Assembly (NCBI GenBank): GCA_016870995.1
Contig: VFZU01000014.1
Span: forward strand, 4,815 to 68,814
Direction of reading: 5' to 3'
Length of the DNA stretch: 64,000 bases
Source of the DNA: Acidobacteriota bacterium
GTDB lineage: Bacteria; Acidobacteriota; Terriglobia; Bryobacterales; Bryobacteraceae
The position numbers were made by a program, and so were the translations under genes. This document shows, piece by piece, positions 59,117 through 64,000 of the stretch. Every line of letters begins with the position of its first letter. Position 1 is the first letter of the stretch. The notes below the pieces were generated by a model. The model was not told where the DNA came from, made no database searches, and saw nothing but the letters and a program-made list of their open reading frames with translations.

Positions 59117-62100
59117 TTAGGGCACATGAATGGCCGGCGCCTTGGCTGCATTCACTGCCGCATTCATCGCAGCGACATCCTCGGCAATCAGCTTGGTGAC
59201 TTTCTGTGACGCATCTTCGACAGCCTTTTTCACCAATTCCATTTGTTCCAATTGCGTCTTCGATGGTGCCGCTGAGTAATTGTCTAGCCCCATGATCAGC
59301 ATGTTCACACGCTGACTCAATCCCGGCAACACAAACTTTGGCTCGGGCCGCTCCATGCGCTCGCGCAATTCCTCGGGCGACACTGGTGCGCCTCCGCCAC
59401 GGCCGCCTGCAGCGAACAGCGGACGCATCTCATCCAGTTTTCGCTTCAAATCGCCCGCCTGCTTCGTCAAGCTTGTAGGAGCCTTCCACGAATCCGGCTT
59501 CTTCCAGCCATCCATCAGCGAACGCAAGCCACCATCGGCTGCAGCAAACTTCCGTCGAACCTCTGACACGCGCTTCGATACTTCCATCAACTCGCTTATC
59601 ACCGCTCGTCGCTTCACTCGATCCGCCTGGCTGAACCACGTCACCCTCGGATCTTCTTCCACAACAAAAGGTTTGCTCACCTTCGTCGCGCCCTGCGTGA
59701 TCTCAGCGGTGTACTTGCCCGGGTCCACCATCGGTGCGGCAGCACCGAAACCAAATCCAGCCTGTGACTCTTCTTCACCACCAGCGGCCCCAGCGGAACC
59801 TTCGGCCCCAGCCCGATCCATGCGCAGATTCCAAACGATGCGATTCACACCTGCATCCAGCTTCAGAGTGCGCGTCTCGATATTGCGCACCACCTTGCCC
59901 GCGCTATCCAGAATCCTCACCTTCACATCTTTCATTTCCGGCTTAGCCGCGAAGTGCACGTCAAGAATCGCACCGTACGGAGGATTCTTCGCGAAGAACG
60001 TGTCATGCCCATCGAAGCCACGCTTGTTCGCGAGCCGCCACATCGTCGCCGGCCTCACGTCATAAAGCTCAACCGCCGCCGGCGTCGCCTTGGCCTGCTC
60101 CAACGCCGAAATGCTATCGAGGATCCACACAGACCTTCCATGTGTCCCCAACACGAGATCGTTCTCACGCGGATGAATCGCAATATCGTCCACCGGCACT
60201 CGCGGCAAATTGTTCTTCAACTCCTGCCACGATTCGCCTGCATCAAACGATACGTACAAACCAAACTCTCCGCCTGCGAAAAGCAGATTCGCATTCTTGG
60301 GATGCTCGCGAATCACATTCAAAACTCCGCCCGCCTCAGGAATCCCGCGCTTGATCGCCTTCCAGCTCTTGCCGTAATCCGTCGTCTTGTACATGTAGAT
60401 CTTGAAGTCATTCGTACGATGACCATCGAAAGTCACATACGCCGTTCCCTGATTGTGTTGAGAAGCAATCACGCGGCTCACGTATGTCCCCTTCGGTACG
60501 CCCGGCACATTGGCCACAACGTTCTCCCAAGTCTCGCCATCCTTCGACACATGCAAGTTGCCATCGTCGGTGCCCGCCCAAACCACACCAGCCCGCGACG
60601 GCGATTCGCTCAATGTCGTCGTGGTCGGATAGTTGGCAACACCGTCGTTCCGCGCCAACATCATGCGGTCCCCAACGCTCTTGCCCATAATCGAAAGCGT
60701 ATTCCGATCCACATTCGACGTCAGATCCGGACTCGACCGCCGCCAGCCATCGCCCTGATCCGTCGACTTGAACACAAAGTTGCCACCGTAGTAAAGCGTC
60801 TTGCGATCGTGCTTCGAAATCAAGATCGGAGAATTCCACTGGAACCGGAAGCGGTCCATGGTGTCGTTTTCCTCGCGTGGGCGAATCGAACGCGACTCAT
60901 GCGTCCGCAGATCTCGTCGCACCAGATTTCCATCCTGCGATTCCGCATAAACAATCCACGGCTCCTCTGAATCGATCTGCGCATAGAACCCGTCCCCGCC
61001 CTGCACGGTATACCAATCCTCGTTCGTGATCCCGTGGGAAAAGGTCGTCGCCGAAGGCCCACACCATGTGTAGTTATCCTGCAGGCCACCACAGATCTTG
61101 TAGGGCTTCGCGTTATCAAGCCCGATCTCGTAAAACTGCCCCAGCGCAATCTGCGCTCTCTGATCCCAATGCCGTCCGGCATCCCTCGAAAAGTGAATCC
61201 CTCCATCGCAACCCGTGATCATGTTCGCCGAGTTGTTCGGATCGATCCACATCGCGTGATGATCCGAGTGCAGGTTCGAGCCGCGCTCAGTCTTGAAGGT
61301 CTTGCCGCCATCCTCCGAGTAATGCAGCAACACGCCCAGCACCCAGATGCGCTGGTCATTATTCGGGTCAATCCGCACGTTCGAGAAATACATCGGCCGC
61401 GGATTCGTATTCGACATCTTCGTCCACGTCTCGCCCTTGTCGTCGCTGCGATAGAGGGCCGGGGTTTGCGACTCGACAAGCGCATACACAATGTCCCCGT
61501 TCCGCCGGTACACATCGAGACCAATTCGCCCCAGATCTTCCTGCGGCAACCCCTTCGTCATTTTCTTCCAGGTCGCGCCGCCATCCGTGGTGCGATAGAT
61601 CGCGCTACCCGGCCCACCGCCATTCATGCCAAACGGAGTCCGCCTCCGCTGATACGCCGCCCCGTAAATCGTATCGGGATTCTGCGGATCCATCGCAAGG
61701 TCGTTCGCACCCGTATCAGCGTTGATCCCGAGCGCTTTGGTCCAGGTCTTGCCGCCATCCACGGTCTTAAACACGCCGCGCTCTTCATTTGGTCCCCACA
61801 GATGGCCCGCCGCCGCCACATACACAATGTTCGGGTTCGTCGGATGGATCAAAATCCTCCCAATGTGGTGCGTATCCCGGAGCCCCATGTTGGTCCAAGT
61901 CTTGCCCCCATCCTGAGATTTGTAAACCCCATTCCCCCAGGAAGAGCTCTGCCGGTTGTTCGATTCCCCGGTCCCCACCCAAACCGTCTCCGGCTCCGAA
62001 GGGGCAACCGTCACATCCCCGATTGACGACAACGATTGATCGTCGAAGATCGGCGTCCAGGTAATTCCGCCATTCAACGTCTTCCAAACCCCCGCCGACG

Positions 62101-62278
62101 CTGTACCGGCATAGATGGTGTTGGGATTCGACTCGACAACAGCCAAGTCATCGATACGGCCCCCCATATTCGCAGGTCCCACATCACGAAACTGCAGCGA
62201 CTTGAACTGCCCAATATTCTGAGCATTCAAACCCACACCAACCAGCATCAGCGGAACAAGCAAAGCACGGTGAATCAT
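59117..62278 (-). CDS. VPS10/BNR-repeat (sortilin-like) glycosyl-hydrolase-like secreted protein
   Basis: GPANMGGRI, repeated S/TxDGGKTW Asp boxes, DHHAMWIDP, GGLQDN, GGDG, RFQWNSP, GTHGRS. Confidence 0.88.
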   Translation of the reverse strand: MIHRALLVPLMLVGVGLNAQNIGQFKSLQFRDVGPANMGGRIDDLAVVESNPNTIYAGTASAGVWKTLNGGITWTPIFDDQSLSSIGDVTVAPSEPETVWVGTGESNNRQSSSWGNGVYKSQDGGKTWTNMGLRDTHHIGRILIHPTNPNIVYVAAAGHLWGPNEERGVFKTVDGGKTWTKALGINADTGANDLAMDPQNPDTIYGAAYQRRRTPFGMNGGGPGSAIYRTTDGGATWKKMTKGLPQEDLGRIGLDVYRRNGDIVYALVESQTPALYRSDDKGETWTKMSNTNPRPMYFSNVRIDPNNDQRIWVLGVLLHYSEDGGKTFKTERGSNLHSDHHAMWIDPNNSANMITGCDGGIHFSRDAGRHWDQRAQIALGQFYEIGLDNAKPYKICGGLQDNYTWCGPSATTFSHGITNEDWYTVQGGDGFYAQIDSEEPWIVYAESQDGNLVRRDLRTHESRSIRPREENDTMDRFRFQWNSPILISKHDRKTLYYGGNFVFKSTDQGDGWRRSSPDLTSNVDRNTLSIMGKSVGDRMMLARNDGVANYPTTTTLSESPSRAGVVWAGTDDGNLHVSKDGETWENVVANVPGVPKGTYVSRVIASQHNQGTAYVTFDGHRTNDFKIYMYKTTDYGKSWKAIKRGIPEAGGVLNVIREHPKNANLLFAGGEFGLYVSFDAGESWQELKNNLPRVPVDDIAIHPRENDLVLGTHGRSVWILDSISALEQAKATPAAVELYDVRPATMWRLANKRGFDGHDTFFAKNPPYGAILDVHFAAKPEMKDVKVRILDSAGKVVRNIETRTLKLDAGVNRIVWNLRMDRAGAEGSAGAAGGEEESQAGFGFGAAAPMVDPGKYTAEITQGATKVSKPFVVEEDPRVTWFSQADRVKRRAVISELMEVSKRVSEVRRKFAAADGGLRSLMDGWKKPDSWKAPTSLTKQAGDLKRKLDEMRPLFAAGGRGGGAPVSPEELRERMERPEPKFVLPGLSQRVNMLIMGLDNYSAAPSKTQLEQMELVKKAVEDASQKVTKLIAEDVAAMNAAVNAAKAPAIHVP

Positions 62279-62324
62279 CTTGCCTTTGTACCAAAAATCG
62301 AATTCACCCTGCTAGAGTCCTGTT

Positions 62325-62966
62325 ATGGTTCCTCCCGATTACGTACAGGTCCCCGCCATTTACTGTTCTGAGTTCAAGACCTGTCTCGATCAACTTCCCC
62401 AAGGCAAAACCGTCGCGACCACCGTCTTCCTCAAAGACATCAAAGACTACCCGGCCATGAACGCGGTTTACGAAAAGCGTTTCCCCGGCCTCAAGCCCGC
62501 CCGCAACACGGTCTCAACAGATCTGCCCAAGGGCATGCGCATGGGTATCAACGCGATCATCTACACCGGTGCGGAAACACCGAAAGGCCTCACCCCACCC
62601 AACACCACCAACATCGTCCCCATCACACCTGGAATCCTCACCCTCGGCCGCCTATTCATCGCCGGCATCCTCGGCCGCGATTCGAATACGGGCACCATCC
62701 CGTCCGCGCCCAATGATCAGATCGAGATGTGCCTCACCCGCCTCACCCGCGTCCTTGCCACCGCTCAGCTCGACCGCTCGAACCTAGTCCAGGCCACGCT
62801 GTATCATACGGCCGAGATTCCCCGAGAACTCATCGACACCCAATTGAAACTCTATTTTGGATCGAGCCCCACCATCGCCATCACGATCCTTGAGGTCCCC
62901 GCCCTGGCCCTCGGCGCGAACATCGGCATCAACGGAATTGCCCATTTTTTACACAGTGGTGTGTAA
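62325..62966 (+). CDS. RidA/YjgF family protein with two Rid-like modules
   Basis: TTVFLKD..DYPAMNAVY..RF...PARNTV, then a second module LFIAGILGRD...DQIEMCL...LVQATLY. Confidence 0.75.
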   Translation: MVPPDYVQVPAIYCSEFKTCLDQLPQGKTVATTVFLKDIKDYPAMNAVYEKRFPGLKPARNTVSTDLPKGMRMGINAIIYTGAETPKGLTPPNTTNIVPITPGILTLGRLFIAGILGRDSNTGTIPSAPNDQIEMCLTRLTRVLATAQLDRSNLVQATLYHTAEIPRELIDTQLKLYFGSSPTIAITILEVPALALGANIGINGIAHFLHSGV

Positions 62967-62969
62967 AAA
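62946..62969. terminator. AT-rich hairpin between convergent genes, possible bidirectional terminator
   Basis: TTTTTACACA-GTGG-TGTGTAAAAA: perfect 10-bp stem with T/A runs at both ends. The stem is weak. Confidence 0.4.
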
Positions 62970-62980
62970 CGAGACGATAG

Positions 62981-63076
62981 TTATGAATCCAGCTCTTCTT
63001 CCTTCGGCGCTCCCGAAAGCATTGCAAAGAAAAGACCTACAATCACCAATCCACAAGTTAAAGCGACTAAAGTCAT
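62981..63076 (-). CDS. Small single-TM protein, 31 aa (unannotated)
   Basis: AGGAGGA at 63087-63081, 4 nt before ATG 63076; MTLVALTCGLVIVGLFFAMLSGAPKEEELDS*. Confidence 0.6.
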   Translation of the reverse strand: MTLVALTCGLVIVGLFFAMLSGAPKEEELDS

Positions 63077-63150
63077 ACTGTCCTCCTAACAGATACGCGT
63101 CACAAGAGCACGTTTAGGGCCATCCGAAAAAAATATGTTACGTTGCAGAG

Positions 63151-64000
63151 ATGAAAGTGGATTTGGCCTTCGGCAAAGCGGGCCTCGAAGCAACGCTGCC
63201 CTCTGGATTCGAATATCGTTTTTTGGAGGCGAAATCAGCAGCACCCCTGCCAGACGAGCAAGCCGCTCTCGAGCACGCTGTCGCCAACCCCATCGGCACC
63301 GCTCCCCTCGCCGAACTCGCCAAGGGTAAGAAATCCGCAGCGATTTCCGTCTGCGATATCACTCGCCCCGCACCCAACCGCAAGACCTTGCCTGTCATCT
63401 TGCGCACCCTCGAATCGGCCGGGATCCCCAGCGAAAACATCACCATCTGCATTGCTACCGGCCTGCACCGCATCGCCACGCCAGCCGAGCTGGACGAGAT
63501 CCTCTCGCCAGAAATCGCCGCCAAGTACCGCATCTTCAACCACGACGCCAAGATCCTCTCTGACCATCGCTACCTCGGCGAAAACTCAAGCGGCATCCCC
63601 GTCTACATCGCCGAAGCCTTTGTTTCCGCCGACCTGCGCATCACCCTCGGCTTCATCGAACCCCATCTCATGCTCGGCTACTCTGGCGGCAGAAAACTGA
63701 TCGCCCCCGGCCTTGCAGCCCAGGAGACCATCAAGGTCATCCACAGCCCCCGCTTCATGCGGGACGTCCGCTCTGTCGAAGGTTCGATCGAAGACAATCC
63801 CCTCCATCGGGAACTTCAGGAGATCGCCCGCATGGCAGGCCACACCTTCATGCTCGACGTCGCACTCACCCGCAAGCGAGAGATCGCCCAGGTCTTCGCC
63901 GGCCACCCAGAGAAAGCTCACGCCGCTGGAGTCGAGTTCGTCAGCAAGGTCATGCTCGAAAAGCTCGAAAAGCCCGTCGACGCGGTCGTCACAACGTGCG
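63151..64000 (+). CDS. larA: Nickel-dependent lactate racemase family protein (runs off the right edge)
   Basis: Manual translation from ATG 63151: MKVDLAFGK...NPIG...VCDITRP...IATGLHR...NHD...GFIEPHLMLGYSGGRKLIAPG. Confidence 0.9.
   Translation, partial: MKVDLAFGKAGLEATLPSGFEYRFLEAKSAAPLPDEQAALEHAVANPIGTAPLAELAKGKKSAAISVCDITRPAPNRKTLPVILRTLESAGIPSENITICIATGLHRIATPAELDEILSPEIAAKYRIFNHDAKILSDHRYLGENSSGIPVYIAEAFVSADLRITLGFIEPHLMLGYSGGRKLIAPGLAAQETIKVIHSPRFMRDVRSVEGSIEDNPLHRELQEIARMAGHTFMLDVALTRKREIAQVFAGHPEKAHAAGVEFVSKVMLEKLEKPVDAVVTTC

Noticed and set aside
62857-63117. Plus-strand 86-aa ORF in the RidA-larA gap
   Set aside because: Overlaps the RidA gene, has no RBS or motif, and the minus-strand 31-aa ORF with a strong SD explains the region better.

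Overview
A gene-dense bacterial chromosomal segment of about 55 genes. Gene content (acidobacterial VWA, DUF1549/1553-DUF1501, DUF1592, DUF1080, VPS10/BNR and many twin-arginine proteins) suggests Acidobacteriota, probably Bryobacteraceae-like; this is inference. Housekeeping genes: aspS, hisS, truA, zwf-opcA-pgl, acnA, larA. There are many sugar and sugar-acid redox enzymes. I found no rRNA, tRNA, IS element, prophage or CRISPR array. Main observations: (1) a stand-alone homolog of the large CorA-type membrane effector known from type III CRISPR systems (28423-30108), with no cas genes in the window; (2) a tight operon for exported sugar oxidation in which a GMC flavoprotein is paired with an ActA/QrcA-like pentaheme cytochrome (14177-20094); (3) a G-to-C skew inversion across about 15-30 kb, suggesting the replication terminus; (4) a DinB gene broken by two in-frame stops, and a hydrolase frameshifted away from its signal peptide; (5) two small ORFs missed by the ORF track; (6) a possible degenerate TIR-like protein ending in a clamp-binding-like motif; (7) widespread leaderless promoter architecture. 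Family assignments come from motif reading and recall; no database searches were run.
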